Positions 47,097 through 57,100 of a stretch of 64,000 nt of DNA are shown piece by piece. The position numbers were made by a program, and so were the translations under genes. Within the stretch, counting starts at the first letter, position 1. Every line of letters begins with the position of its first letter. Source of the stretch: an uncultured delta proteobacterium (GTDB lineage Bacteria; Desulfobacterota; BSN033; UBA1163); assembly GCA_963708295.1 (NCBI GenBank), contig CAVPSJ010000007.1, positions 64,001 through 128,000 on the forward strand. Reading direction: 5' to 3'. A model generated the notes under the pieces. It ran no database searches. It worked only from the letters and a program-made list of their open reading frames with translations, and was not told the origin of the DNA.

Positions 47097-49004
47097 ATGA
47101 GAAGAAAGAAATTGACCCTCAGGACGAAACTAGTTTTTGGCGGTTTAGCCCTGCTTATCGTCCCCCTCTTTGCACTTGAGTTTTTTACCGTGAATTGGGC
47201 TTCCAGGGCAGTGAATAACATCGAAAGGGACCAACTTGCCCTGCTAAAGCAGGTTGTGGCCGATCAAGTAAATATCATGCTTGACACCCAGAAGAGCCTC
47301 CTAAGAAATGCTTCGACCCATGATCCAGTCATTCACGAGACGGTGAAGACTTTGGTTGAGACCGGAGCAGTTAATATTGCCCAGTTCAACCTTGATAAGA
47401 ATACAACGGTGTTCCATGACAAGAATACCTATGACCTCTTTTTCATCACAGACGATAAGGGGATTGTCATTGCGGATACATCCGAGGGGAAATATCGCGG
47501 CACCGACCTTTCCGGAGAGGAATACTTCAAGAAAGCCTTTGAAGGAGAACCGGTCATTGGAAAGGTAAAAGCTTCGGAGAAGGACAGCTATGTCATTGTC
47601 GCTGGACCTCTAAAATCGGCGGATAAAGGGATCGGTACTATTGGAACCATCGTCTCAGGCTGGAAGTTGAATTCACTGAGCAAACGGATCAATGAACTGA
47701 AGTTGGGGCAGACAGGGTTTGCTTTCGTAGTGGATAAACAAGGCATGATCATCGTACATCCCGAGAAGGAGCTCCTGATGAAGGCAAATATCAGCGAGAT
47801 CAAAGGGATGGAAGCCCTCGGCAGGCGAATGATGTCCTCTGAGGAAGGGATTCAGGAATGTCCCTATAAAGGAGATGATAAGATTGTCGCCTATGCTCCG
47901 ATTCAGGCTGCCCAATGGAGCGTCGGTCTTGTCATTTCGAAGAAAGAATTGATGGGTCCTATTACAAATATGCGAAATATCATTATGTTAGCAGGTATCA
48001 TTGTTATTGCAGTGGCGGCTTCTATCATATTTTGGACCGTGCAAAAGAGTATCAGCACTCCGATCAATCATATTGTGGAAAACCTGAATGAAGGTGCCGA
48101 ACAGCTCTCATCCGCTTCTACGGAGATTTCATCTGCAAGCCAGATGCTAGCCGAGGGTGCATCCGAACAAGCCGCATCCATCCAGGAATCTTCCTCGTCC
48201 CTGGAAGAAATTTCCTCCAGAACCAGGAAGAATGCAGACAACGCAACTCAGGCTGACAAATTGATGAAGGAATCCAACGAAGTAGTCCTCAAAGCGAACC
48301 GGTCCATGGGAGAACTCAGTTCAGCGATGGAGGAAATTTCGAAGACGGGTGAAGAGACGGCCAAGATCATCAAGACCATTGATGAAATCGCCTTCCAGAC
48401 CAATCTCCTTGCTTTGAATGCAGCCGTCGAGGCGGCCCGGGCTGGGGAGGTAGGAGCCGGCTTCGCAGTCGTAGCAGGAGAGGTTAGAAACCTTGCGATG
48501 CGGGCCGCAGAGGCGGCCAGAAATACCTCTCATCTGATTGACGGGACGGTGAAGAGGATCAGACAGGGATCTGATCTTGTCGTGAAGACCGGTGAGGCCT
48601 TTTCCGAGGTGGCTAAGGGAACACATAAGGTGGGAGAACTTGTCAGTGAAATTGCCGTCTCCTCCCGAGAACAAGCCCAAGGACTTGATCAGGTAAACAA
48701 GGCTGTCGACGGAATGGATAAGATCGCCCAACGGAATGCTGCAAATGCCGAAGAATCAGCGAGCACCTCGGAGGAACTGAGTGCCCAGGCAGTACAGATG
48801 AAAGACATTGTGTCTGCATTGGTTAACCTGGTGGGAGAAAATGTGAATAAGGGCCCGCGAAAGGAATTGGCACCAACGTTGGAGAATCGTCCCAAAGAGT
48901 CGAAGGCAAAAAAACCTTGGAAAAGAAGGGATTTACCCCTTCGAGGGGAGATGGATCCTGAAATGATCATCCCCTTGGAAAAAACGAAACTCACGGACTT
49001 TTGA
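47097..49004 (+). CDS. Methyl-accepting chemotaxis protein with a dCache sensor
   Basis: RBS AGGAGGT; EYFKKA, LGQTGFAFVVDKQG..IVHP; [17 protein letters not shown]; C-terminal ...KLTDF. Confidence 0.92.
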   Translation: MRRKKLTLRTKLVFGGLALLIVPLFALEFFTVNWASRAVNNIERDQLALLKQVVADQVNIMLDTQKSLLRNASTHDPVIHETVKTLVETGAVNIAQFNLDKNTTVFHDKNTYDLFFITDDKGIVIADTSEGKYRGTDLSGEEYFKKAFEGEPVIGKVKASEKDSYVIVAGPLKSADKGIGTIGTIVSGWKLNSLSKRINELKLGQTGFAFVVDKQGMIIVHPEKELLMKANISEIKGMEALGRRMMSSEEGIQECPYKGDDKIVAYAPIQAAQWSVGLVISKKELMGPITNMRNIIMLAGIIVIAVAASIIFWTVQKSISTPINHIVENLNEGAEQLSSASTEISSASQMLAEGASEQAASIQESSSSLEEISSRTRKNADNATQADKLMKESNEVVLKANRSMGELSSAMEEISKTGEETAKIIKTIDEIAFQTNLLALNAAVEAARAGEVGAGFAVVAGEVRNLAMRAAEAARNTSHLIDGTVKRIRQGSDLVVKTGEAFSEVAKGTHKVGELVSEIAVSSREQAQGLDQVNKAVDGMDKIAQRNAANAEESASTSEELSAQAVQMKDIVSALVNLVGENVNKGPRKELAPTLENRPKESKAKKPWKRRDLPLRGEMDPEMIIPLEKTKLTDF

Positions 49005-49576
49005 AGACAAGGTTGAAGCCCATCTTAGGTCTTTTGCCTTGTTTATTCGCTAAGGCTGTCACCGGGTCCCGGAAAAGCATTTGCCGTGTTCTTCTGCTAA
49101 AGAGTTGATTCCAAGCTGAGGATGGGCCACATTCTCCGGTACCCGTAGCCATATCATATCGATTTCCCTGTATCTTTTAGGACAACCCTCTTAGCTCCTG
49201 AAATTGATCCATGGAATTCTATTACTATCCCTGTTGCAGATCACGTGAAGAGCTATAGCGATCTCTAGATCTATCTTAAGGTTTATTAATTCTTTCTTGT
49301 AGTTAAAAAATGCCCAACGTAGATGACATTTTTTGTCTCTTTGAGATCTATCATGTTCGCTTGAAGTTTTCTTTAAAGAGCTTGCAGTTCCAGGATGAAT
49401 AGATGAATTTGGGGTTTTAATTGAAGAATTCATAGATAAGTGGTTACTTGGTGGAGACATATGGAGTAAACAGTGACTAAAGAACAGTGGTCTGGAATGA
49501 AAATTGCAGCCAATCCCCTTGTATCCAAGTCCCGGGAAACATGACAAGTTGATCAGATGAAGGGAGGGCCTGACAA

Positions 49577-49951
49577 GTGGAAAAGATACTTATTATTCAG
49601 GATAGTCCCTCAGCAAACGCCATGCTGAAGTTTAGACTTGAGTCAGGGGGATTTTCTGTGGAGACAGCTGAAACGGGGGAGGAAGGCATTGAGAAGACAA
49701 AGATGACTCCGTACCAGCTCATTTTGTTAGATTATAACCTGCCGGGGATGAACGGAGGCCAGGTCTGTCGGATACTGAAAGAACAAGATAAAACCAGAAG
49801 TACCCCGGTCATATTCATGTCTGCCAAAGACGAGGAGAAATTGACTCAGATAACAAAGGAAGCGGGTGCCAATGGGTACATCGGCCTGCCCTTTGAAGGG
49901 AAGACGTTCATCGAGAGAATAAGGGGATTCTTGAATACACGTCAGTCGTAG
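49577..49951 (+). CDS. Single-domain response regulator (receiver)
   Basis: KILIIQDS, ILLDYNLPGMNG, PVIFMSA; the conserved Lys position reads GLP. Confidence 0.85.
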   Translation: MEKILIIQDSPSANAMLKFRLESGGFSVETAETGEEGIEKTKMTPYQLILLDYNLPGMNGGQVCRILKEQDKTRSTPVIFMSAKDEEKLTQITKEAGANGYIGLPFEGKTFIERIRGFLNTRQS

Positions 49952-50010
49952 GCCCAGATGCCTGATCGGCAACTTTCCCTTCTATCGATTGAGGGAATGT
50001 CTAGTTAAAG

Positions 50011-50541
50011 ATGGAAAGGAAATTGGAACGGTGGAGAATGGACCAAGCAACAGAAGCCTCTGAACAGATAGCACTTCTTCAAGAAAATCTCTACGAGCGA
50101 GAGCCGCCAAGGGAAGAAGCCCTGCAGCTTGTAGTCTTTTTGCTGGCGCGCGAATGGTACGGAGTAGAGATAACAAAAGTAAGAGAAGTCACAAGAGTGG
50201 GAAAGATAACATACTTACCCTCGTCTCCTGAGCATATCGCGGGAGTTGTGAACTTAAGAGGATATATTCTATCGGTCACGGATCTAAAGCCTATTTTGGG
50301 TTTGCCTCACGAAGAACTCACCGAGAAAGCGAGGATTATAGCCGTCGAATCCGGGATTTTTGAGACAGGGTTCTTGGTGGATGAAGTTGTTGAATCGATC
50401 GAGGTACCGTTAAGCAAGATCGAGCCTGTACTCCTGACTCTCCCTGCCGAACGGGCGAAATATCTGGGAGGACAGTGTAAGGTGAACGATAGGTTAATCG
50501 GCATCGTAAACGTAGAGAGGGTATCCGAAAAGAAGGAGTAG
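50011..50541 (+). CDS. cheW: CheW scaffold protein
   Basis: LVVFLL..EWYGVEI..VREV, GVVNLRG.IL.V.DL, GFLVDEV; the start may be 50038. Confidence 0.9.
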   Translation: MERKLERWRMDQATEASEQIALLQENLYEREPPREEALQLVVFLLAREWYGVEITKVREVTRVGKITYLPSSPEHIAGVVNLRGYILSVTDLKPILGLPHEELTEKARIIAVESGIFETGFLVDEVVESIEVPLSKIEPVLLTLPAERAKYLGGQCKVNDRLIGIVNVERVSEKKE

Positions 50542-50607
50542 GACGAGGAGAGTCATCAATGGAAACTTTCGCCATGAGCAAAAAAGCTGAGAATCGGGGA
50601 AGGTGAG

Positions 50608-52791
50608 ATGAGCGACGAGAAACTTACACTCGACGACATTGCCGCACTTATTGTTCAAATCGAATCGACCGATCTGGCGGATTTGGCCCGTGTGCGCAGA
50701 GGGCTCAACGCCATCGCAGACTCTTCTCCCGTCTCTGTCCAAACGCCAATCGCTGAAGCCCTAAAAAGAATCAACCAGATGATGGGGGAAAAAGTCCCTG
50801 ACCCCTCCGGTCTCCTCGCTGATGCAGGCGCATTCATTGAGGAGGCCATGAACGCCATGGAGACATCCGGTGGAGAGGATACCTCCTTAGACTCCAGGCC
50901 AGAGCAGGGTGCGATCCCCGGAGCGGGTCCTGAAGCCGGGCGCTCCAAAGCGCTTCTGCCAGAAGCTGATCCAGCCCTCCTGGAGGAGTTCATCACGGAG
51001 AGTCGGGACTTGATCGCGGGCGCGGAGGCCGCCCTTTTGGAACTCGAAACGGACCCGGAAAAAACCGAAGCACTCAACATCGTTTTCCGTGCTTTTCATA
51101 CCGTCAAAGGGACGTCTGCTTTCCTTGGTCTCAACCACATATCAGAGTTCGCCCATGGGGCGGAATCCTTTCTCAGTCGAATTCGTGACAAGGAAATACG
51201 CTGTGTCGGAGGTTATGCGGATCTTGCTTTCCGCTCGGTGGACATGCTCAAGGATCTCATCAGACTGGCTCAGGACACCTTAGGCAATAGATGGGTGGCC
51301 ACACCAGATGGGCTCAATGCTTTGATGACTCTCCTTGCCGAGCCGGAAACAGTGGGTACTCTCGGGGGCGTCAACGACAAAGCGGCGGAAGCCGAAGAGA
51401 TACCCCCCCGATTGGGCGGTATTCTTGAGGATCAGGGCAAGGCTGACCCTGAAGAGATAGAGACAGCTGTCGCCGGTCAGGGGGATCAACCCGTCGACAC
51501 GGCTTTCGTAAGGGAGAAGGTTGAATCCCTCACGGAAGAGGAGCGGACGCAGCGAAAACAACGCAGCATCCCAGGCACCGAGCCCGCGACAGAATCGTCC
51601 GTCCGCGTGCGCACTGACCGTCTGGATCGTTTGATTGAGATGGTCGGGGAATTGGTGATCGGCCATTCCATGGTGATGCAGGATGAGACGGTCAACTCAG
51701 GAACCTACCCCGAGCTTCAACAGAAGGTTGCCCATACGGATAAGATCGTACGCCAGATGCAAGAGCTCTGTATGTCCATTCGTATGGTCCCGTTCAAAGC
51801 CACCGTCCATAAGATTGCACGCTTGGTTCGTGACCTGGCACGCAGGCGAAAGATCACGATCAACTTCATTCCCGTAGGAGAAGATACCGAGATCGACCGC
51901 AACATGGTCGATCTCATCAGCGACCCCCTTGTCCATTTGATTCGTAACGCTGTGGACCACGGCATTGAGCCGCCCGACCAGAGAGAAAAACTTGGAAAAC
52001 CTAGAACAGGAACCTTGTTGCTGAAGGCCTATCATTCTGGCGGCAACGTAGTGGTCGAGATATCCGATGATGGCAGGGGGTTGGACCGAGACAAGATCAT
52101 AGGGAAGGCAATCGCAAAAGGGTTGACTCCGTTCGGCCAGAGTCTGTCCGACAGCGAGATCATCAACTTGATATTCCAGCCCGGTTTTTCCACCGTCGAT
52201 ACGGTGACGGACATTTCGGGAAGAGGCGTGGGACTGGATGTGGTCAGACAAGCCGTCGAAACCCTTCGGGGCCGGGTTGATGTTTCGTCAGAGTTTGGCA
52301 AGGGATGCACGTTCTCCGTTCGTCTGCCGCTCACCATGGCCATCACCGATGGCATGCTGGTCAAAGTCGGCCGGCAGCGATACATTTTGCCGACCATCAA
52401 CATTGATATAAGCTTCCGCCCGGATCCGGCGGCGCTGTCCATTATTGCCGGACGGGCTGAGACCGTCGTCTTTAATGGAAAGGTGATCCCCATTTTTCGG
52501 CTTCACCGTCTATTCGGCATCAAGGAAGCGGTGGAAGACCCCACCCACGGGTTACTGATCATTATTGGCGACGGGAATCAGCGCTGCGCACTTTTGGTCG
52601 ACGAGTTGGTAGGACAACAGCAGGTGGTTGCCAAGTCTTTAGGGGATGGAATCGGAAAAGTCCAGGGAATTTCCGGGGGAGCCATCCTGGGCGATGGCAG
52701 GGTCGGTCTGATCCTCGATCCTCAGGGAATAGCCGCCCTGGCCAGGCAGGCGCCGGATCCGCGATCGCGAGGAAGGTGGTATATTAATTGA
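50608..52791 (+). CDS. cheA: Chemotaxis histidine kinase CheA with an N-terminal extension and MshEN-like motif
   Basis: FRAFHTVKG, LDRLIEMVGELVI, HLIRNAVDHGIE, DDGRG, SGRGVGLDVV, C-terminal CheW domain. Confidence 0.93.
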   Translation: MSDEKLTLDDIAALIVQIESTDLADLARVRRGLNAIADSSPVSVQTPIAEALKRINQMMGEKVPDPSGLLADAGAFIEEAMNAMETSGGEDTSLDSRPEQGAIPGAGPEAGRSKALLPEADPALLEEFITESRDLIAGAEAALLELETDPEKTEALNIVFRAFHTVKGTSAFLGLNHISEFAHGAESFLSRIRDKEIRCVGGYADLAFRSVDMLKDLIRLAQDTLGNRWVATPDGLNALMTLLAEPETVGTLGGVNDKAAEAEEIPPRLGGILEDQGKADPEEIETAVAGQGDQPVDTAFVREKVESLTEEERTQRKQRSIPGTEPATESSVRVRTDRLDRLIEMVGELVIGHSMVMQDETVNSGTYPELQQKVAHTDKIVRQMQELCMSIRMVPFKATVHKIARLVRDLARRRKITINFIPVGEDTEIDRNMVDLISDPLVHLIRNAVDHGIEPPDQREKLGKPRTGTLLLKAYHSGGNVVVEISDDGRGLDRDKIIGKAIAKGLTPFGQSLSDSEIINLIFQPGFSTVDTVTDISGRGVGLDVVRQAVETLRGRVDVSSEFGKGCTFSVRLPLTMAITDGMLVKVGRQRYILPTINIDISFRPDPAALSIIAGRAETVVFNGKVIPIFRLHRLFGIKEAVEDPTHGLLIIIGDGNQRCALLVDELVGQQQVVAKSLGDGIGKVQGISGGAILGDGRVGLILDPQGIAALARQAPDPRSRGRWYIN

Positions 52792-52848
52792 GAACGGACC
52801 GGGAGAAGTCGGAATTACCTTCAAAACATTTACACAAGGAGAATAACA

Positions 52849-53445
52849 ATGGCTGAACAAACGACTGTAACCGTGGCTAAGACGGGGCAGGAAACCCAGG
52901 GAATGAAACGGGTCAAAACCCTAGAGGGGAAAAAGTTCTTAACTTTCCTCATGGCCAATGAAAAATATGGCCTGGAGATCTTAAAGGTTCGTGAGATTAT
53001 CGGGATCATGGACGTAACCCCTGTGCCCACAACCCCTGCTTTCGTCCGGGGGGTCATCAACTTGCGCGGCAAGGTCATCCCCGTAGTCGACCTGCGCCTT
53101 AAGTTTGGGATGGAGGCTAAGGAGGATACGCAGAGAACCTGTATCATCGTGGTCCACCTTGCCCGTGAAGGACAGGAAATGATCATGGGGATCATTGTGG
53201 ACGAAGTTTCTGAGGTGCTCGATATCGACCAGGACCAGATTGAGCCCCCACCTTCCTTCGGGGCGGACATCAGGACCGACTTCATCCTAGGAATGGGCAA
53301 GGTTAACCAACGGGTTGTGACGATGCTGGATATTGACCGGGTGCTCAGCGAGCGGGAAATTGCACTTGTTGAGAACTCAGCGGAGAGAACGAAACAGCAA
53401 CTGGATAAATCCAGTAAGATAAAAAACCAGCAGGCGAAGGAGTAA
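52849..53445 (+). CDS. cheW: CheW scaffold protein
   Basis: KFLTFLM..EKYGLEILKVREI, GVINLRGKVIPVVDLR. Confidence 0.93.
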   Translation: MAEQTTVTVAKTGQETQGMKRVKTLEGKKFLTFLMANEKYGLEILKVREIIGIMDVTPVPTTPAFVRGVINLRGKVIPVVDLRLKFGMEAKEDTQRTCIIVVHLAREGQEMIMGIIVDEVSEVLDIDQDQIEPPPSFGADIRTDFILGMGKVNQRVVTMLDIDRVLSEREIALVENSAERTKQQLDKSSKIKNQQAKE

Positions 53446-53577
53446 GAATAGACGGCTTCCGGCGGAAACAATCTCGGAAGAAACAAATCCGCTCGAGGTG
53501 AAACAAGCTTTGAAAAGGACAGTCTTTTCTCGATTATCCGAAAGGGACGGTGAATTCGTTTAAAGGGAGTGCTGAAA

Positions 53578-54858
53578 ATGAAGATAAGTTTGAAGGCAAA
53601 AATCTTAATGTTCCCGGTAGTTTTCTTTCTGGTCATTTTGATGATCGTCTTTTTCACTGTCACGACTGTGCAGGACAAAGCGGGAGTACCGGATACTCAC
53701 GGTCAACGGGTAGTCAAGGACATTACCTCCAAAATCATCGTCTCCGGCATCGTCGGGTTGCTGATTGTCTCTTCGTTGAGCGTTTTTCTGATCGTTTCGA
53801 TCGACCGACCGATCCATGGGGTGATCGAGGGCCTTGCAGAGGGGGTAAGGCAGGTGTCGTCCGCATCAGGTGAGATATCCCAGGCAAGCCAACACGTGGC
53901 TCAGGGTACGAGCGATCAGGCCTCGGGCATCGAGGAGGTCTCCTCCTCCCTTGAGGAGATCTCCTCCATAACCAAACAGAACTCCGACAATGCCCAGCAG
54001 GCCAAGGTTGTTATGAATGAGGCCGGCGAGATCATAAAGAAGGTACAATACCACATGGGCCAGATGGGCCAAGCGATCGCAGAGATTACCTCACTGAGCG
54101 TGGAAACGGGAAAGATTATCAAGACCATAGATGAAATTGCATTTCAGACAAACCTCCTGGCTCTCAATGCGGCGGTCGAGGCTGCCCGGGCCGGTGAGGC
54201 TGGGGCTGGATTCTCGGTGGTCGCAAACGAGGTGCGCAACCTTGCGATGAAGGCTTCAGAGGCCGCCAAGAACACGGGTCGCCTCCTCGAAAACACGATG
54301 AAGGCTGTCAAAAAGGGAAATGAGTTGACCCAATCGACACAGGACGCCTTCAAGGAAAATATCGAAATTGCCGTGAAGCACGCAAAATTGATCGAAGAAA
54401 TTGCTGCGGCCTCTCAGGAGCAGGCTCAGGGGATTCAGCAGGTGACCGATGCTATGGCACAGATGAACCATGTGACCCAGGTGAATGCGGCCAGCGCTGA
54501 AGAATCCGCCTCGGCTAGCCAGGAACTCAATGCCCAGGCCGAGCAAGTCAACGGCTTCATTCTGGAACTCTTTGCCATCGTCGGAGACTCAAACGGGGAC
54601 CATCACGGGGACATCCGGGCATCCAGGAGGCCTAAACCCGTGGTTGAAAAGCTTCACCCTGCCACTGCAAGCCTCTTTCACCAAACCCCCAGACAAGGCC
54701 AGGCCCGGACGGTCGCACAACGGCCCATACAGAAGAACGGCGAGCCCGAAAAGGCGATGGTAAGGAAACGGTCCGCTCGGAGAGAAAAAGACGTTGTTAT
54801 TCCCTTCCACGAGGGCGGTGAAAAAGAGAAAGACAACGAAGTCCTCAAGGAATTTTGA
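53578..54858 (+). CDS. Methyl-accepting chemotaxis protein with a minimal periplasmic loop
   Basis: Two TMs about 25 aa apart; [17 protein letters not shown]; C-terminal ...VLKEF. Confidence 0.9.
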   Translation: MKISLKAKILMFPVVFFLVILMIVFFTVTTVQDKAGVPDTHGQRVVKDITSKIIVSGIVGLLIVSSLSVFLIVSIDRPIHGVIEGLAEGVRQVSSASGEISQASQHVAQGTSDQASGIEEVSSSLEEISSITKQNSDNAQQAKVVMNEAGEIIKKVQYHMGQMGQAIAEITSLSVETGKIIKTIDEIAFQTNLLALNAAVEAARAGEAGAGFSVVANEVRNLAMKASEAAKNTGRLLENTMKAVKKGNELTQSTQDAFKENIEIAVKHAKLIEEIAAASQEQAQGIQQVTDAMAQMNHVTQVNAASAEESASASQELNAQAEQVNGFILELFAIVGDSNGDHHGDIRASRRPKPVVEKLHPATASLFHQTPRQGQARTVAQRPIQKNGEPEKAMVRKRSARREKDVVIPFHEGGEKEKDNEVLKEF

Positions 54859-54874
54859 GAAATAAAGGAGGCGA

Positions 54875-55714
54875 ATGGCCGACGACGCGAGGATACACAC
54901 TGGACTAACTCCCATTAAGCTCAAAAAGGGACAATTTGAGAGGATCAGCCAACTGGTGCATCAAATGACCGGAATCAACTTACCTCCGGGCAAACACGAG
55001 TTGGTCAGAGCGCGCCTGACAAAGCGGCTGCGTGCGCTGGGGCTAAAAAGCTTTGACACCTACATGGAACACCTGGAGCATGACCAATCCGAAGGTGAGC
55101 TTGTTACAATGATCGAAGCCATGACCACGAACAAGACCAATTTCTTTCGAGAACCACAGCACTTTGGCTATTTGTGCCGCCAGATACTGCCCGTGTTAAG
55201 AAGTCGGATGATTCGAGTATGGAGCGCTGGCTGTTCCTCTGGCGAAGAGCCCTACACCACTGCCATTTTGCTCAATGAAGCGATCGGGGACCACTCGTTA
55301 TGGGATATTAGGATCCTGGCGACGGATCTGTCGAGCCGGATGATAGCCCACGCTCGCACCGGTGTCTACGACATAAACCATCTTCGGGAGGTGCCGCCCT
55401 TATTGATATCCAAATACTTTACTTGCATTGAGACAAGGCCCGTGCGCCGCTACCAGATCATTGAAATGCTGCGCCGCCGCGTACATTTTGCCCGGCTGAA
55501 CCTGATGGAGGAATGGCCGATGCGGGGTCCCTTTGACGTGATTTTTTGCCGTAATGTCATGATCTACTTTGACAAGGCCACTCAGGAGCAACTCGTCAAT
55601 CGTTTCTGGAAGTTGATGAAGCCAGGAGGCTATCTTTTTGTCGGCCATTCTGAAAGCTTGACAGGCTCGCCGCACAAGTTTCGCTATGTGCAGCCCGCCA
55701 TCTACATGAAATGA
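54875..55714 (+). CDS. cheR: Chemotaxis methyltransferase CheR
   Basis: TTNKTNFFRE, RVWSAGCSSGEEPY, ATDLS, FDVIFCRNVMIYF, GHSESL. Confidence 0.95.
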   Translation: MADDARIHTGLTPIKLKKGQFERISQLVHQMTGINLPPGKHELVRARLTKRLRALGLKSFDTYMEHLEHDQSEGELVTMIEAMTTNKTNFFREPQHFGYLCRQILPVLRSRMIRVWSAGCSSGEEPYTTAILLNEAIGDHSLWDIRILATDLSSRMIAHARTGVYDINHLREVPPLLISKYFTCIETRPVRRYQIIEMLRRRVHFARLNLMEEWPMRGPFDVIFCRNVMIYFDKATQEQLVNRFWKLMKPGGYLFVGHSESLTGSPHKFRYVQPAIYMK

Positions 55715-55743
55715 GACTTTAGACATTTTTCGGGGCATAAGGA

Positions 55744-56226
55744 GTGATACATACCGTCGGGGTTGCTGATATGAAGGTTTCTGCTCAGGAAGGCGACGTG
55801 ATTATAACCCATGCTCTGGGAAGTTGCCTGGGGGTCGTCGTACATGATCCAGTGGCCTGTGTGGGTGGGTTGCTCCATGTGATGCTCCCCCTTTCTACCA
55901 TCGATCCGGCGAAAGCCCAGACAAACCCGTTTATGTTCGTAGATACAGGGTTCCCGGAACTGCTCGTCGAGTGTTTTGAAACCGGCGCGCTGAGACAAAG
56001 ACTGGAAGTCAGGGTGGCGGGAGGAGCGAACTCTTGGAATAGAGGAGAAGACGATTTCTTCCAGATCGGCAAAAGGAACCTCGTGGTATTAAGGAAGCTT
56101 CTCTGGAAAAATGGCCTTTTATTGAAATCTTATGACGTGGGCGGCACCGTTTCGAGGACCATGTCCCTCGAAATTGGGACTGGGAAGGTAACCATTAAAA
56201 GCGGCGGACAAGTCAAAAATCTATAA
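55744..56226 (+). CDS. cheD: Chemoreceptor glutamine deamidase CheD
   Basis: THALGSC, GGLLHVMLP, AGGA, IGKRN, DVGG. Confidence 0.93.
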   Translation: MIHTVGVADMKVSAQEGDVIITHALGSCLGVVVHDPVACVGGLLHVMLPLSTIDPAKAQTNPFMFVDTGFPELLVECFETGALRQRLEVRVAGGANSWNRGEDDFFQIGKRNLVVLRKLLWKNGLLLKSYDVGGTVSRTMSLEIGTGKVTIKSGGQVKNL

Positions 56227-56264
56227 GAGTGAGACTGTATTGTAAACCCACAGGGGAGTCAACA

Positions 56265-56672
56265 ATGGCATTAAACATTCTCGTAGTCGATGACAGTTCA
56301 GTGATGCGGGCGATCATTATCAAGACCTTACATTTGAGTCAATTGCCCATGGGCGAGGTTCATGAGGCCGCCAATGGGCAGGAGGCCTTGAACGTTCTGG
56401 ATGGTAACTGGATTGACCTCGCCTTGGTGGACATCAACATGCCCGTGATGGACGGTGAGGAGATGATCAATCGATTGAGGCAAAACCCGGCGACTTCAGA
56501 CCTGCCGGTAATCATTGTTTCCACCGAAGGCAGTGAATCCCGCAGAGAAGTGCTGATGCAGAAAGGGGCTCGGTTCGTCCACAAACCGTTCACACCTGAG
56601 ACCCTTCGGGACGCCATTTTGAGGATGCTAGGAGGATTGGATGAGCAAAAAGCTGGAGACGGAACTATTTAA
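56265..56672 (+). CDS. cheY: CheY-like response regulator
   Basis: ILVVDDS, VDINMPVMDG, IIVSTEG, HKPF. Confidence 0.9.
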   Translation: MALNILVVDDSSVMRAIIIKTLHLSQLPMGEVHEAANGQEALNVLDGNWIDLALVDINMPVMDGEEMINRLRQNPATSDLPVIIVSTEGSESRREVLMQKGARFVHKPFTPETLRDAILRMLGGLDEQKAGDGTI

Positions 56673-57096
56673 GGCGGCCACCTTGACTTTTGAGGAGCTG
56701 GGTTTTTTGCTTCCCACGCCCGAGATCGACGAGCAACAGTTGAATGCCCAGGTCGAAGCAGCGGTGAGCGTGGATTTCGATGGACCCTTCTCCGGAAAGC
56801 TTTTGGTGAGGGTCTGCGGCGGACTCCTTCCCGTCATCACCGCCAATATGTTGGGCGAAGAGGGCGTCCCCTCCAAAAGTCTTCAATACGACGCGCTGGG
56901 AGAAATCGCCAACGTCATATGCGGCAACATGCTCCCGGGGATTGCCGGCTCGAAGGATGTGTTTCACGTCAGTGCCCCCAAGATGAGTGAAAGTATTGAC
57001 TTGCCCCCTGTGGCGGAGGTTCAAGTAGGTCTGGGTCTAGGACGGGCCGATCTGCTCCTGTTCGTCTCTAGGTATCCAGCTCTTGCGGAGGAGTAA
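56641..57096 (+). CDS. cheX: CheX/CheC-like phosphatase
   Basis: DALGEIANVICGN (ExxN motif); VDFDGPFSG. Confidence 0.8.
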   Translation: MSKKLETELFKAATLTFEELGFLLPTPEIDEQQLNAQVEAAVSVDFDGPFSGKLLVRVCGGLLPVITANMLGEEGVPSKSLQYDALGEIANVICGNMLPGIAGSKDVFHVSAPKMSESIDLPPVAEVQVGLGLGRADLLLFVSRYPALAEE

Positions 57097-57100
57097 CGGG

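Noticed and set aside
49100-49550. AT-rich stretch with a 118-aa minus-strand ORF
   Set aside because: No recognisable motifs; at most a decayed fragment that cannot be supported as a gene.
53450-53520. Three GAAACA repeats between cheW and mcp
   Set aside because: Too short and irregularly spaced to distinguish from chance.
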